Counted from the stretch's first letter, positions 1-8,651 are shown. The stretch is DNA of 44,459 nt from a virus (IMGVR_UViG_3300022895_000014:1-44459), one strand, 5' to 3'. The notes: a model not told the origin generated them from the sequence alone. Numbers and translations are program-made.

Positions 1-25
1 GGTTCGACTCCGGGACGCGCCTCCA
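1..25 (+). tRNA. cysT: 3' end of tRNA-Cys (partial, cut by window)
   Basis: GGTTCGACTCC T-loop, acceptor stem ending CGCCTCCA, directly before tRNA-Leu(TAA) as in the glyW-cysT-leuZ cluster. Confidence 0.8.
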
Positions 26-36
26 ATTTACACCCT

Positions 37-122
37 GCCCGGGTGGTGAAATCGGTAGACACAAGGGATTTAAAATCCCTCGGCTTATGGCTGTGCGGGT
101 TCAAGTCCCGCCCCGGGCACCA
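37..122 (+). tRNA. leuZ: tRNA-Leu(TAA), prophage integration site
   Basis: GCCCGGG...CCCGGGCACCA acceptor stem, anticodon arm AGGGA-TTTAAAA-TCCCT (TAA at 71-73), long variable arm, GGTTCAAGTCC T-loop. Confidence 0.97.
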
Positions 123-127
123 TATTT
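67..127 (+). repeat. att core, left copy (61 bp)
   Basis: Identical to 44333..44393 (GATTTAAAATCCC...GGGCACCATATTT). Confidence 0.96.
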
Positions 128-176
128 CAAGCTGTGAAAAACCAAATAAAATCAAAGCAATATGTTGTAATGTCGT

Positions 177-199
177 AACCGCCCAAGGGCGGTTTTTTT
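177..199 (+). terminator. Rho-independent terminator after tRNA
   Basis: AACCGCCC-AA-GGGCGGTT followed by T run. Confidence 0.85.
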
Positions 200-236
200 G
201 TGCCTGCGATTTGGTTCCTAATATCGATTCCTAATA

Positions 237-1259
237 TCAGATGCTTTTCTTTTGGCCGCCAACTACCGGCACTACAACGACCTTGCGGTCATAAGCTGCC
301 GTTTGCTCAACATTTTTATGGCCTGTAATTGCCCGCTTCTCGTATAAATCCCCATCAAGATCGGATACACCTTTGGCTTTCAAATCATGAAAGGTGAAAT
401 CGAAAAGGAGCTCCGGGAATTTAATCCGGGCTTCTTCGCGCGCCGCTCTCCAGCGACTATTAAAACCGTCGCGCGTATAACCAGAACCGTTTGGCTGGTG
501 GATGATGAAAATACTACTCATACCTGGCTTGAGGCTTAACCCTGATGCCATGTTAATTACAGAAGTGAGGCGAGGGGACCACCCTTTGATTTGGGCGACG
601 CTGGTTTTACTCTGTTTAATCAAAATGCCGTCTTCAACAATTTGACTTTTTTTCATCGAAAGGACATCTGACTGTCTTGCGCAGCATAAGTAAGCTAATT
701 CCATAGCAATTTTAACAATATCCGGCGCACAGGAATATACCGCTTGATATTCCGCATCTGTAACATAACGGTCGCGGGCCTCCTCCTTGTATTTCTTTAC
801 ACCTTTGGTGGGATTTCCCTTTACCATTCCCCGTTCATATCCCCAACGGTACATTCTTGACATAAAAGCTTTTTCGCGGTTGGCCTGAACGCGGCTTTTA
901 AGTCCGCGCTTGTCCATATATTTTCGGACGTGCTCAGGTTTGATTGCATCAGATGGCATTGCACCAAAAACTGAAAGCACGTTTTTCGAATACTTCAGGT
1001 AATCCTTCTGTGTTTCACGCGCCAATTCAAAAAAATCGGCTGACTTGAAGAAACGATCTGCCAAAGACGCCAAAAGTTTGTCATCGGGTATTTCGTTAAT
1101 GAGCGCCTCATATGCCGCCCACACCTTTGACTGAGGTGAATCAAGATTGCATAGGCGTATGGCACCACCGTTTTTCGGGTGGAACTCATACGCTGATCTG
1201 CCGCGATAAACACGCGGCGGCATCCATGCATCTTCTGTATTTTCTCTTGTTCTAGCCAT
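237..1259 (-). CDS. int: Tyrosine integrase
   Basis: Catalytic motifs ARQSD, FHDLKAK, GHK, distal Tyr; adjacent to att. Confidence 0.96.
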   Translation of the reverse strand: MARTRENTEDAWMPPRVYRGRSAYEFHPKNGGAIRLCNLDSPQSKVWAAYEALINEIPDDKLLASLADRFFKSADFFELARETQKDYLKYSKNVLSVFGAMPSDAIKPEHVRKYMDKRGLKSRVQANREKAFMSRMYRWGYERGMVKGNPTKGVKKYKEEARDRYVTDAEYQAVYSCAPDIVKIAMELAYLCCARQSDVLSMKKSQIVEDGILIKQSKTSVAQIKGWSPRLTSVINMASGLSLKPGMSSIFIIHQPNGSGYTRDGFNSRWRAAREEARIKFPELLFDFTFHDLKAKGVSDLDGDLYEKRAITGHKNVEQTAAYDRKVVVVPVVGGQKKSI

Positions 1260-1477
1260 TAATCTAACGCGCCGAAGTTTGGTTCATGGTTTTCCTGTTC
1301 AGCAACTTTGCGATGTGTAATCGGGTCGTTAAAGTGCTGCCAGGTCGTTCTTGGCCTGCCGTCACGCCGAACCACAAAAAATATGCCTGCTTGCTTCAGG
1401 CAATGGCACTGCTTTGACGGAATTTTGTAGCCTGTAATTTTTTCGATATCAGCATCAGAAATTATGTCGTTCTGCAT
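1259..1477 (-). CDS. Probable excisionase (DUF4224-like)
   Basis: Small protein (IEKITGYKIPSKQ...RRDGRP) coupled to int; GGAGGA RBS favours a start near 1477-1483. Confidence 0.75.
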   Translation of the reverse strand: MQNDIISDADIEKITGYKIPSKQCHCLKQAGIFFVVRRDGRPRTTWQHFNDPITHRKVAEQENHEPNFGALD

Positions 1478-1532
1478 CAGCACATATCCTCCACGCGTTA
1501 CCTGCTGCAACAGGTTTGATTACTGTGACATG

Positions 1533-1871
1533 TCACAGCGTTAATTTGGTCTCATGCCAGCCGCGATTAGCCCAACATGCTGCTTCACCTTTGCATGGGC
1601 AATCCTGCACCGGCAGCTGATCGCCACACTTATCACACTGCCGCTTACTGATTACCCGAATACGGCCACGCACACGCGCATCATCCTGGCGAATCAGCAG
1701 CGCGATGTACTCAGCTGCATCATAGGGTTCGCGACCGGGGCGACGAGCGGCACAGTTGTGGGCCAGCATTGCTAACTCCTGACTATCCAGAACCAACTCC
1801 AGTTTCTGCTCACCGGCAGCGGCCTGACGTGCACGTTGCGCCGCTTTGCGTTCTGCTGCTGACATGCTCAT
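1533..1871 (-). CDS. Conserved phage early protein with C-terminal Cys cluster
   Basis: SAAERKAAQRARQ N-terminus, CxxC...CxC...C. Confidence 0.7.
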   Translation of the reverse strand: MSMSAAERKAAQRARQAAAGEQKLELVLDSQELAMLAHNCAARRPGREPYDAAEYIALLIRQDDARVRGRIRVISKRQCDKCGDQLPVQDCPCKGEAACWANRGWHETKLTL

Positions 1872-1915
1872 CGTGATGATCCTATATCTGCACTATCCTT
1901 AAACAGGAGGTGCTT

Positions 1916-2596
1916 ATGTGTGGACGATTCGCGCAGTACAGCAGTAGAGATGAATACTTTGAGTCGTTCGGCTTGAAGGCTGACGAAATCCAATATGATC
2001 CAGAACCTATAGGGCGTTTTAACGTCGCACCCGGCACGAAGGTGCTTTTGCTTAATGAACGTGACGAAGAGCTTCACCTCGACCCGGTAATTTGGAGCTA
2101 TGGTCCAGAATGGTGGGATAAGCAGCCTCTCATTAATGCGCGAGGAGAAACTGCTGCAACCGGTCGCATGTTCAAACCGTTGTGGAATCATGGGCGGGCC
2201 ATCGTTCCGGCTGATGGTTGGTTTGAATGGAAGAAGGAGGCCGACAAAAAGCAGCCTTATTTCATCTACCATAAGAAAAACCAGCCACTTTTTTTCGCCG
2301 CAATTGGCAAAGCACCTTACGATAAAGACCACGGACACGAAGGGTTTGTCATCGTGACGGCAGCAAGTAATAAAGGCATGGTCGATATTCATGATCGAAG
2401 ACCGCTGGTTCTGAGAGCCGATGCTGTCCGGGAGTGGCTCAGTGCTGACACCACACCCGAACGCGCGCAGGAAATCGCGCATGATGCGGCGTTGCCTGAA
2501 AAAGACTTCACCTGGCATCCAGTTTCCAGAAAGGTAGGCAATATTCATAATCAGGGTTCCGAGCTGGTGGAGGAGATAGACGATCCGGTAATTTGA
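1916..2596 (+). CDS. yedK: SOS response-associated peptidase (SRAP, YedK/HMCES family; abasic-site protection)
   Basis: MCGRF N-terminus (Cys2), NARGET, FEW, IHDRRP; AGGAGG RBS before ATG 1916. Confidence 0.95.
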   Translation: MCGRFAQYSSRDEYFESFGLKADEIQYDPEPIGRFNVAPGTKVLLLNERDEELHLDPVIWSYGPEWWDKQPLINARGETAATGRMFKPLWNHGRAIVPADGWFEWKKEADKKQPYFIYHKKNQPLFFAAIGKAPYDKDHGHEGFVIVTAASNKGMVDIHDRRPLVLRADAVREWLSADTTPERAQEIAHDAALPEKDFTWHPVSRKVGNIHNQGSELVEEIDDPVI

Positions 2597-2621
2597 TAGA
2601 TGTTGCGCTGTCCAGCGCTCA

Positions 2622-2777
2622 TCAGTATTTTCTCTCTGTAGCTAGTGCTCGTGAATCACGCCATGCGGAGTAAGAGCGGCCAGCAATGTTGATGCGTTTT
2701 AGCTTTAGCTGGTGGCGTGGCGACTTCATATTGAGATAATCAAAGCCGGTGCGTCCCAGCTTATGAAGTTTGAACAT
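2622..2777 (-). CDS. Small basic hypothetical protein (51 aa, MFKLHKLGRTGFDY...), not in ORF track
   Basis: ATG 2 nt after the upstream stop, purine-rich RBS, read by hand. Confidence 0.45.
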   Translation of the reverse strand: MFKLHKLGRTGFDYLNMKSPRHQLKLKRINIAGRSYSAWRDSRALATERKY

Positions 2778-2779
2778 AG

Positions 2780-3502
2780 TTACTCTTCCAAACCGATTAA
2801 ATCAGGACTGTTGCTGCTGCCATCAACACCATGAAAGACTCTTGCCTGCATGCCTTGTCTATAACCCATATGCGCGACCATGGAAGACTTACTGGATTTG
2901 GCATCACGGGTTTTAGCTGACTTAAGTCCATCGCTGCTAAGCTTTTCACCGTAATCATCCATCTTGGTTTGCTGCTCTTCGCTAATGACCAGCTCCTTCA
3001 CTGCGTGGTAGGCTCCGGATGCCCAACCTTCGCAGAATTGGTCCGCGAGGGAAGCTTTACGTTTAGGCGGCAAATGACCACAGTGACTAGCCTGAAATTC
3101 TTTTCTGGCCTGCTTAATTTGGCGCGTTAAAACATCGAAGATATAAGCTGCCGCGACGTCCCTACCATCTAACCCATAGAACTTAACGACACGCTTATAG
3201 TTGAAGCTTTGCGTGGCTCTCCAGCTCACCAGGCATTTAACGGCAAACGCCTTTTCGATTGTCGCGGTAAGGAAAACCATATAACGGGGGAGCTTTTCAG
3301 CATTGCTCGGAGAGCTTTTGCTTTCGCTGGTACCGATCTCTGCAAAAACAACTTCAGATTCACTCAGCCCATGCTCACGCATGAACGCCTGAGCTTTGGA
3401 AAGAGCGTTCGCTGCTTCGGCAGGGCTGCTTGTGTTTTCAGCCAAGCGCATGAGTTTCTTAATCTTGGCTAAGTATTTCTTCTTATTAGAATCTCCCATC
3501 AC
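2780..3502 (-). CDS. DUF2786-domain protein
   Basis: KIKKLMRLAE...EAANALSKAQAFM N-terminal signature. Confidence 0.8.
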   Translation of the reverse strand: MMGDSNKKKYLAKIKKLMRLAENTSSPAEAANALSKAQAFMREHGLSESEVVFAEIGTSESKSSPSNAEKLPRYMVFLTATIEKAFAVKCLVSWRATQSFNYKRVVKFYGLDGRDVAAAYIFDVLTRQIKQARKEFQASHCGHLPPKRKASLADQFCEGWASGAYHAVKELVISEEQQTKMDDYGEKLSSDGLKSAKTRDAKSSKSSMVAHMGYRQGMQARVFHGVDGSSNSPDLIGLEE

Positions 3503-3957
3503 TCACCATCCTTAGAAGCGCGAAGTTGGGCGGCGATAGCGGCCAATCCATCGTGCAATTCAATGGCACCGTTAGAACGCAATTCAGCATGCTCATAACT
3601 GATGTCGATAGCGTCCATGACACAATCGGTGTCGCAGCATGGGCTGCATGAATCCAGTGCGTTTGAGATGGCCTGAGCCCGCACCTCGTTGAGGATGACG
3701 TCAGTGGCTGGGGTTTCGGGCTTACTGATGCCAGCGCATGTGTACACACCAGTCCGCTTGCTCTCTACATAGCATTCACCATCGATGTAATTTTTCAGTG
3801 CCAGATTTTCGGCTGTCAGCACATCAGAAAGAACAGTAATCACATCAAGACGGGTAGCCAGGTCTGAGACCAGCTTTGCGATTTCAGTAAGTGGCGCATC
3901 TGCGCCCTGTGCTTTAGCTAATGCGTGACCAGCTGCCACGAGTTCTTTGTTAGTCAT
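3499..3957 (-). CDS. Ead/Ea22-like early protein
   Basis: LTAENLALK, ETPATDVILNEVRAQ, AAQLR motifs typical of lambdoid ea genes. Confidence 0.65.
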   Translation of the reverse strand: MTNKELVAAGHALAKAQGADAPLTEIAKLVSDLATRLDVITVLSDVLTAENLALKNYIDGECYVESKRTGVYTCAGISKPETPATDVILNEVRAQAISNALDSCSPCCDTDCVMDAIDISYEHAELRSNGAIELHDGLAAIAAQLRASKDGE

Positions 3958-3968
3958 GCTGGTGGCCC

Positions 3969-4130
3969 TCAGTGAACGGTACGGCTTGCGCTGTTGAGGC
4001 GCTCGGCAGCTTTCTGAGCTGCGATTGGGTTACTGATCACTGAGCCGTCCGGCATAATCCAGCCGGCTAAAATGATGCTGTAGGGCAGGGTGACAATGCC
4101 CACGGTGATATGGTCCTTCGAATGCTGCAT
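3969..4130 (-). CDS. DUF1317-like small protein (53 aa), not in ORF track
   Basis: MQHSKDHITVGIVTLPYSIILAGWIMPDGSVISNPIAAQKAAE; GGAGGA RBS. Confidence 0.75.
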   Translation of the reverse strand: MQHSKDHITVGIVTLPYSIILAGWIMPDGSVISNPIAAQKAAERLNSASRTVH

Positions 4131-4257
4131 ACATCCTCCACGCTTTTTTGGTTGCGGGAATCCCTTGCCATTGCTGGCAATAAATTACTGAGGGATTCAT
4201 TTAATTGGCTGACAGGTTCTGCAAAACCTGTAGCCTCGTTACTCCACGTTGAAAGGT

Positions 4258-4394
4258 ATTGCGGTGCCGGGTGCCTCCCGGAGCTCTGGCTGAACTGGCA
4301 AGAACCAGAGCGGGTATAGACTTAGAGCCTCAACCGATCGCGTAATCGTTTGGGCCAGTTCACCACACTCGCACTTGGTGCCATCACCACAATG
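4258..4394 (-). ncRNA. Candidate structured RNA with CCGGGAGGCACCCGG motif (copy 1)
   Basis: Closing stem CATTGTGGTG/CACCGCAAT; same 15-mer as at 38420..38434. Confidence 0.5.
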
Positions 4395-4791
4395 GTTGAG
4401 AGCGCTGCGTAACCTGGCACCGATCTGGCCGCAGCGAGGTTAAAGCATTGTCGCGTGCTGAGTGACTTCTATGTGCGTTCCATCCAGCGCTCTCACCATT
4501 GTGTGCCGGTTACGTGTCCGGCGACCCGTCTGCTCCAACCTATGAAGGAGCACGTAGCCCGATGTTGTTGCAATGGCTGGTGACAATTCCAGCTCAGTGG
4601 CGCGGTGTTTTCTATCGTAGCCGCCCGGTCCATCCGCGTTAGATCAGTCCGTATGCTCGCTTAGAACGTTTCGCCTGCTTATCAATCTCAACCGTTTGAC
4701 GGTCATCACCCGTCATTCACCACAACGTTGAGAGCACTTAACGCCTCTGTGACGCGGCTCGGTGCGCCCGTCAAATGCTCTCATCGTTGTG
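4388..4791 (-). promoter_or_regulatory. Two related long hairpins in the pL leader (4388..4503, 4721..4791), possible RNase III sites
   Basis: Arms CACAA(T/C)G(G)TTGAGAGC pair with GCTCTCA..TTGTG in both. Confidence 0.55.
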
Positions 4792-4879
4792 AAAAAGTGG
4801 CGGTTAAACCGGTCGAACACTATCTTCCCTCTCCTGATAGGGTTGAAAGCCCCGGAGAAACCGCCCAAACACTCAACGT

Positions 4880-5035
4880 TTAAAACACAGCCTTGTATTC
4901 CACATCCACTTCACAGCATTCGAACGTCATGACACCGGTATCTGCATCACAGATGAGTTCGGCATCAGGGAAGAGGTACAGGAAGGTGATCAAGTCCCGT
5001 AAGCTGGTGTCGGCCATTTGCTTGATCATCTTCAC
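4880..5035 (-). CDS. First pL-operon protein (51 aa, acidic), not in ORF track
   Basis: GTG start with GAGGT RBS; MKMIKQMADTSLRDLITFLYLFPDAELICDADTG... Confidence 0.6.
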   Translation of the reverse strand: MKMIKQMADTSLRDLITFLYLFPDAELICDADTGVMTFECCEVDVEYKAVF

Positions 5036-5068
5036 TGCGGCTACCTCATGGATACATCCGATGGGTTA

Positions 5069-5130
5069 AATATACTTGCGAGTATATTAAGTGTAAATAC
5101 TCAAAGGTAAACAAATTGTACGCACAGGTA
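5069..5130 (-). promoter_or_regulatory. pL/OL: promoter TTTACA-17-TATATT with three TAC-N6-GTA operators
   Basis: Operators at 5073-5084, 5098-5109, 5119-5130; same consensus repeats between cI and cro. Confidence 0.75.
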
Positions 5131-5183
5131 TATGGATATGAATTAAAAGAGAATTTATTTATCGGCGAGATATTGAGGGCATT

Positions 5184-5205
5184 AAAAACCCGGTCAAGAC
5201 CGGGT
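5184..5205 (-). terminator. Terminator of cI
   Basis: AACCCGGTC-TT-GACCGGGTT followed by T run on minus strand. Confidence 0.8.
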
Positions 5206-5224
5206 TGGAGGGGACTGATGATGG

Positions 5225-5911
5225 TTAAGGTAGGTTGGTGACTTTAGCATCCACTACAACCCCTATTATCCGACAATTACCGTTAATTTCAGTCATAGGG
5301 TACTGAGGATTCAACGGCTTAAGAAATTTTCGACCTGCATCAATGACCAATTTCTTAAAGGTGGCTTCGTTCTCACTATCAAGCTTTGCGACTACAAGCT
5401 TGCCATTTCTGGCTTCAACCTCTGGATCAATCAGAATTGCCATGCCTTCGGGGATACTTAGCCCAGCCGGCGCTGTCATGGAATCACCTTTAACGTCTAG
5501 CCAGAATGAGCTCTCAGAGCAATCAACAGTTGTTTCATACCAACGGTCGATACTTTTACGGTGATAGGGTTCTACAGCTTCCATCCATTGTCCTGCACTA
5601 ACCCAGCTGATCACTGGAAAGTTTCCCTTGGGCTCGTTCGGGCCTGCATAGGCCACATTTGAATCTTTAGTGTTTGCTAAACCATCCAACCAACCGCGAC
5701 TCAGGCCTAAAGAGTCTTCTATTTGACGTGCAGATTGCTCGCCAATATTGCGCTTGTTCGCCTTACCTGAAGGGTAAAGCATTCGAGAAACGACGGTCGC
5801 ATCAAGGCCTGCTGCCTCTGCGAACTTCCGCTGAGTTTCATATCCATCAACCAGCTCTTGAAGCTTAAGTCGGCGGATTTCGTAGATGTCATGGCTTGGC
5901 TCGGTTTTCAT
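5225..5911 (-). CDS. cI: CI-like repressor (HTH + S24 autopeptidase)
   Basis: VSAG cleavage site, GDSM serine, TFKK lysine; start moved to ATG 5911 because the longer ORF runs through OR. Confidence 0.93.
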   Translation of the reverse strand: MKTEPSHDIYEIRRLKLQELVDGYETQRKFAEAAGLDATVVSRMLYPSGKANKRNIGEQSARQIEDSLGLSRGWLDGLANTKDSNVAYAGPNEPKGNFPVISWVSAGQWMEAVEPYHRKSIDRWYETTVDCSESSFWLDVKGDSMTAPAGLSIPEGMAILIDPEVEARNGKLVVAKLDSENEATFKKLVIDAGRKFLKPLNPQYPMTEINGNCRIIGVVVDAKVTNLP

Positions 5912-5917
5912 ACCAAG

Positions 5918-5986
5918 ATCATACGAAAAATTACTCTCAGGTAAATGACTCTCAGGTATTGAATAAAATATACTTGGGGGTATACT
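5918..5986. promoter_or_regulatory. OR with pR (TTGAAT-16-TATACT) and pRM -10 (TATGAT, minus strand)
   Basis: Operators (T/G)AC-N6-GTA at 5932-5943, 5947-5958, 5971-5982. Confidence 0.75.
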
Positions 5987-6011
5987 CATTTCGTCAACCA
6001 CTGGAGGCTTC

Positions 6012-6254
6012 ATGGAAACGTTACGAACGTATCTGAACGGCCTTGCGCTGGGTAAGCAACGGGACTTCGCTGCAACTTGCGAAACTTCACTTGAATACCT
6101 CCGTAAGGCAATTAGTAAGGGTCAAAAATTAGGTCCGGCGTTATCAGTTCTGATCGAGATTAACTCAGCCGGCGCTGTAAGTAGAAAAGACCTTCATCCC
6201 GATGACTGGATGAAAATCTGGCCCGAACTGAATTCTAAAGCGACCGCCGCTTAG
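6012..6254 (+). CDS. cro: Cro-like regulator (YdaS family)
   Basis: Divergent from cI; VSRKDLHPDDW..IWPEL signature. Confidence 0.88.
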   Translation: METLRTYLNGLALGKQRDFAATCETSLEYLRKAISKGQKLGPALSVLIEINSAGAVSRKDLHPDDWMKIWPELNSKATAA

Positions 6255-6279
6255 CGGTAACTACAACAGGAAGAATGAA

Positions 6280-6810
6280 ATGGTAGACACCATCAACACA
6301 GCGATTCGCCTGATGTGCAAAGCACACCAACACGGTCGTTTGGGTATGGCTGATGACATGGGCATGACCATCGATCAGTTCCACAACCACCTGTATCGCA
6401 AGTGCGGCAGTCGCTTTTTCTCGCTGGATGAGCTGCAGCATATGGAAGACCTATCGCGCAGCACCTACCTAGCTGAGTACTTCGCTAATCGCAAAGGCCT
6501 GACGCTGGTGGACGTTTCAACCGTTGAAAAAGTGGACAAGGTTGATCTGTATGACATCGAGCTGCGCAACAAAGCCACTGCCGGGAAGCTGGCGATCGCT
6601 AAGCAGGAAGCGGTAGCAGACGGTGTTATTGACCAAAAGGAGCTTAAAACGCTGTCTGGATTGTTTCAGCAAAAGATGCGCGGCCAGATTCATGGCTTTC
6701 TTGGCTTCCTCGCGCTGTACGGCGTTGGCGTGACAGAGCATTCGGTAGACATGTTCATGTCCAACCGCAAAGCAGAAGTGGGCATGCAGATTCAGGCACA
6801 GGAATTATGA
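6280..6810 (+). CDS. CII-position regulator (YmfL-like)
   Basis: Follows cro; FHNHLY.KCGSRFF and DGVID..E motifs. Confidence 0.75.
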   Translation: MVDTINTAIRLMCKAHQHGRLGMADDMGMTIDQFHNHLYRKCGSRFFSLDELQHMEDLSRSTYLAEYFANRKGLTLVDVSTVEKVDKVDLYDIELRNKATAGKLAIAKQEAVADGVIDQKELKTLSGLFQQKMRGQIHGFLGFLALYGVGVTEHSVDMFMSNRKAEVGMQIQAQEL

Positions 6811-6898
6811 GATGGGTAGAGCAGAAAGGTTGAGCGCCCCAGTTTGCAGACCGGAGCGCTCGGCATCGTCAAATCAACTTGCGTGGAGAAGTAACGAC

Positions 6899-7240
6899 AT
6901 GAACAGCTTAATTCAAACAAGACCTTTAGTGCAATTCCGCTGCCGCGTGGAGGCTGGTCAGTTGCGGTATGAGCAAATATTACGCGTTGCAGGTCAGGCC
7001 GACAACTACCAGTCTGCGGAACCGTTGGTAGTTCAGAACGCGTGGAATGACTTTTACCGTAAACCGGAGGCTGACAAGTGCGAGAGCTTAACCGCTGGTT
7101 CAGAGATCGTCGAGGTGTTCCCGTTAGAGTTATCCGCTGGGAGCCTGAATCAGGCCGCGTTATCTACCTCCGCGACAATTATGAACATGGTGAGTGCTTC
7201 TGCCCTCTGCTCCAGTTCCAGCGCGACTTTTGGGAAATAG
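6899..7240 (+). CDS. Hypothetical protein
   Basis: GGAG RBS before ATG 6899; 3' part overlaps the next gene, so the true end is uncertain. Confidence 0.4.
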   Translation: MNSLIQTRPLVQFRCRVEAGQLRYEQILRVAGQADNYQSAEPLVVQNAWNDFYRKPEADKCESLTAGSEIVEVFPLELSAGSLNQAALSTSATIMNMVSASALCSSSSATFGK

Positions 7241-7287
7241 AGGCACCGCATGAGTTTACTTCTGAAGGTAAAACCGCTGGTAGTTAG
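7078..7287 (+). CDS. DUF4222-like small protein
   Basis: FRDRRGVPVRVIRWEP...VIYLR; GGAGG RBS. Confidence 0.75.
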   Translation: MRELNRWFRDRRGVPVRVIRWEPESGRVIYLRDNYEHGECFCPLLQFQRDFWEIEAPHEFTSEGKTAGS

Positions 7288-8119
7288 CCCGTTGCTTGCA
7301 TGCCGTATCGGCCTCAATGAGGCGATCGTGCTTCAGCAGATTTGCTACTGGCTGGAGGACACCACATCGGGTGTTGAGCATGAAGGCCGCCGCTGGGTTT
7401 ACAACACTATTGAAGACTGGAATGAGCAATTTCCGTGGTGGTCATCAGACACAGTAAAACGTGCTCTTACATCGCTTAAAAAAAGCGGGCTTATCTACGT
7501 TGAGCAGTTAAAAAAGACGCAGCATGACCGCACGAATTTTTACGCAATTAACCACGCAAACCCACTGTTATCCGATGAGTGCAAATTGCCCTCATCGAAG
7601 GATGCAAATTGCACTCATCGAACAGGGCAAGATGCACCAATCGAACAGGGCAAATTAAACCCATCGATGGGGGCAAATTGCACTCGTCTTACAGAGAATA
7701 CAACAGAGATTACTACAGAGATTACAGGTAAAAACCCTTGTCCGGTTTCTGCGAAACCCGACGATGAACAGGATGAGTTCAGGGTTCTTGATCATCTGAA
7801 TCGGGCTGCTGGCCTGCGCTACCAGAAATCACGGTCATCACTCGGACCAATTCGCGGACGCCTGGCAGAAGATTTTACAGCCGAAGAACTAATTCTCGCC
7901 GTGGATTACACCATCGCCAAATGGTCTGATGACGCCAAGATGCGCGATTACGTCCGCCCGGAAACAATCTTCCGTCAGGGTAAATTTCCCGCGTACCTCG
8001 GCTCTGCTCAGGCTTGGGAGCGTGCTGGCCGCCCGCCATGCATCAAGGGCAAGTGGCAGCGCGACGCCACACAGGTGGCGAGCATGGATTATCAGATTCC
8101 TGACGGCTTCCGGGGGTAA
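7250..8119 (+). CDS. Replication initiator (N-terminal wHTH, conserved phage C-terminal domain)
   Basis: GLNEAIVLQQ...WVYNT, YVRPETIF; internal iterons. Confidence 0.88.
   Translation: MSLLLKVKPLVVSPLLACRIGLNEAIVLQQICYWLEDTTSGVEHEGRRWVYNTIEDWNEQFPWWSSDTVKRALTSLKKSGLIYVEQLKKTQHDRTNFYAINHANPLLSDECKLPSSKDANCTHRTGQDAPIEQGKLNPSMGANCTRLTENTTEITTEITGKNPCPVSAKPDDEQDEFRVLDHLNRAAGLRYQKSRSSLGPIRGRLAEDFTAEELILAVDYTIAKWSDDAKMRDYVRPETIFRQGKFPAYLGSAQAWERAGRPPCIKGKWQRDATQVASMDYQIPDGFRG
7581..7726 (+). repeat. Replication origin: five iterons at 23-bp period plus three 12-bp repeats
   Basis: GCAAATTGCACTCATCGA-like units at 7581, 7604, 7627, 7650, 7673; ACAGAGAWTACW x3 at 7691-7726. Confidence 0.85.
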
Positions 8120-8121
8120 CG

Positions 8122-8532
8122 ATGAACACTGAAACACTGATTCTAACGCACCTGATGGCCTTTCCCGGCCAGACCCCGGCGCAGATCGCCAGAGCAATCG
8201 GGCGCACGCGCAGCACCGTAGTTTCCGCATTGCCGGTGATGACCGCTGTTGGTGATGTCTGGAGCGATGCCGAGGCCCATTACTTCACTGCAGAGCCAGC
8301 TGGAGAAGGCGACGAGAAATACATTGCCCTCTGCGACAAGGCTTACAGCCTGCAGGAACGCAATCTGTGGAACCGCGCCGCCAATGTCTGGCAGCAGGCG
8401 CAGCAGTCAACCCGTAAAGCTGGTCTCCGTGAAAAAGCGCGAATCCGGGCAAACATGTGCGTGGCGAAGGCGAAAGAGCGTGACCCGAAGCCACTGCCCG
8501 ATCCCTTCTGCGTGCGAGGTAAACGCCGATGA
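8122..8532 (+). CDS. PerC-family regulator with N-terminal HTH
   Basis: A.SLQERNLWNRAANVW matches the PerC pattern; position after rep. Confidence 0.7.
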   Translation: MNTETLILTHLMAFPGQTPAQIARAIGRTRSTVVSALPVMTAVGDVWSDAEAHYFTAEPAGEGDEKYIALCDKAYSLQERNLWNRAANVWQQAQQSTRKAGLREKARIRANMCVAKAKERDPKPLPDPFCVRGKRR

Positions 8533-8651
8533 TGGCAGCCATCAAAGCGCATTACTGGCGCAACGAAGATTACTACCGTGGCATTCGCGCAGCGGTCCTG
8601 ATGATTACCGGTTTAGTTATTGCCCTGATATGGGAGTTGAAAACAGCATGA
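8529..8651 (+). CDS. Small single-TM protein (40 aa), not in ORF track
   Basis: ATGA overlaps at both ends; AAVLMITGLVIALIW hydrophobic stretch. Confidence 0.55.
   Translation: MMAAIKAHYWRNEDYYRGIRAAVLMITGLVIALIWELKTA

Noticed and set aside
43-234. 63-aa ORF
   Set aside because: Overlaps tRNA-Leu and its terminator; spurious.
1868-2548. 226-aa minus-strand ORF
   Set aside because: Antisense shadow of the clear SRAP gene; no motifs of its own.
5912-6013. N-terminal extension of cI in the ORF track
   Set aside because: Runs through the OR operators and pR into the cro start.
7581-7726. Regular repeats as a possible CRISPR array
   Set aside because: Tandem 23-bp period without unique spacers, inside the initiator gene, no cas genes; these are iterons.
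8249-8647. 5' extension of the 406-aa ORF
   Set aside because: Overlaps the PerC-like and small TM genes; RBS supports ATG 8648.
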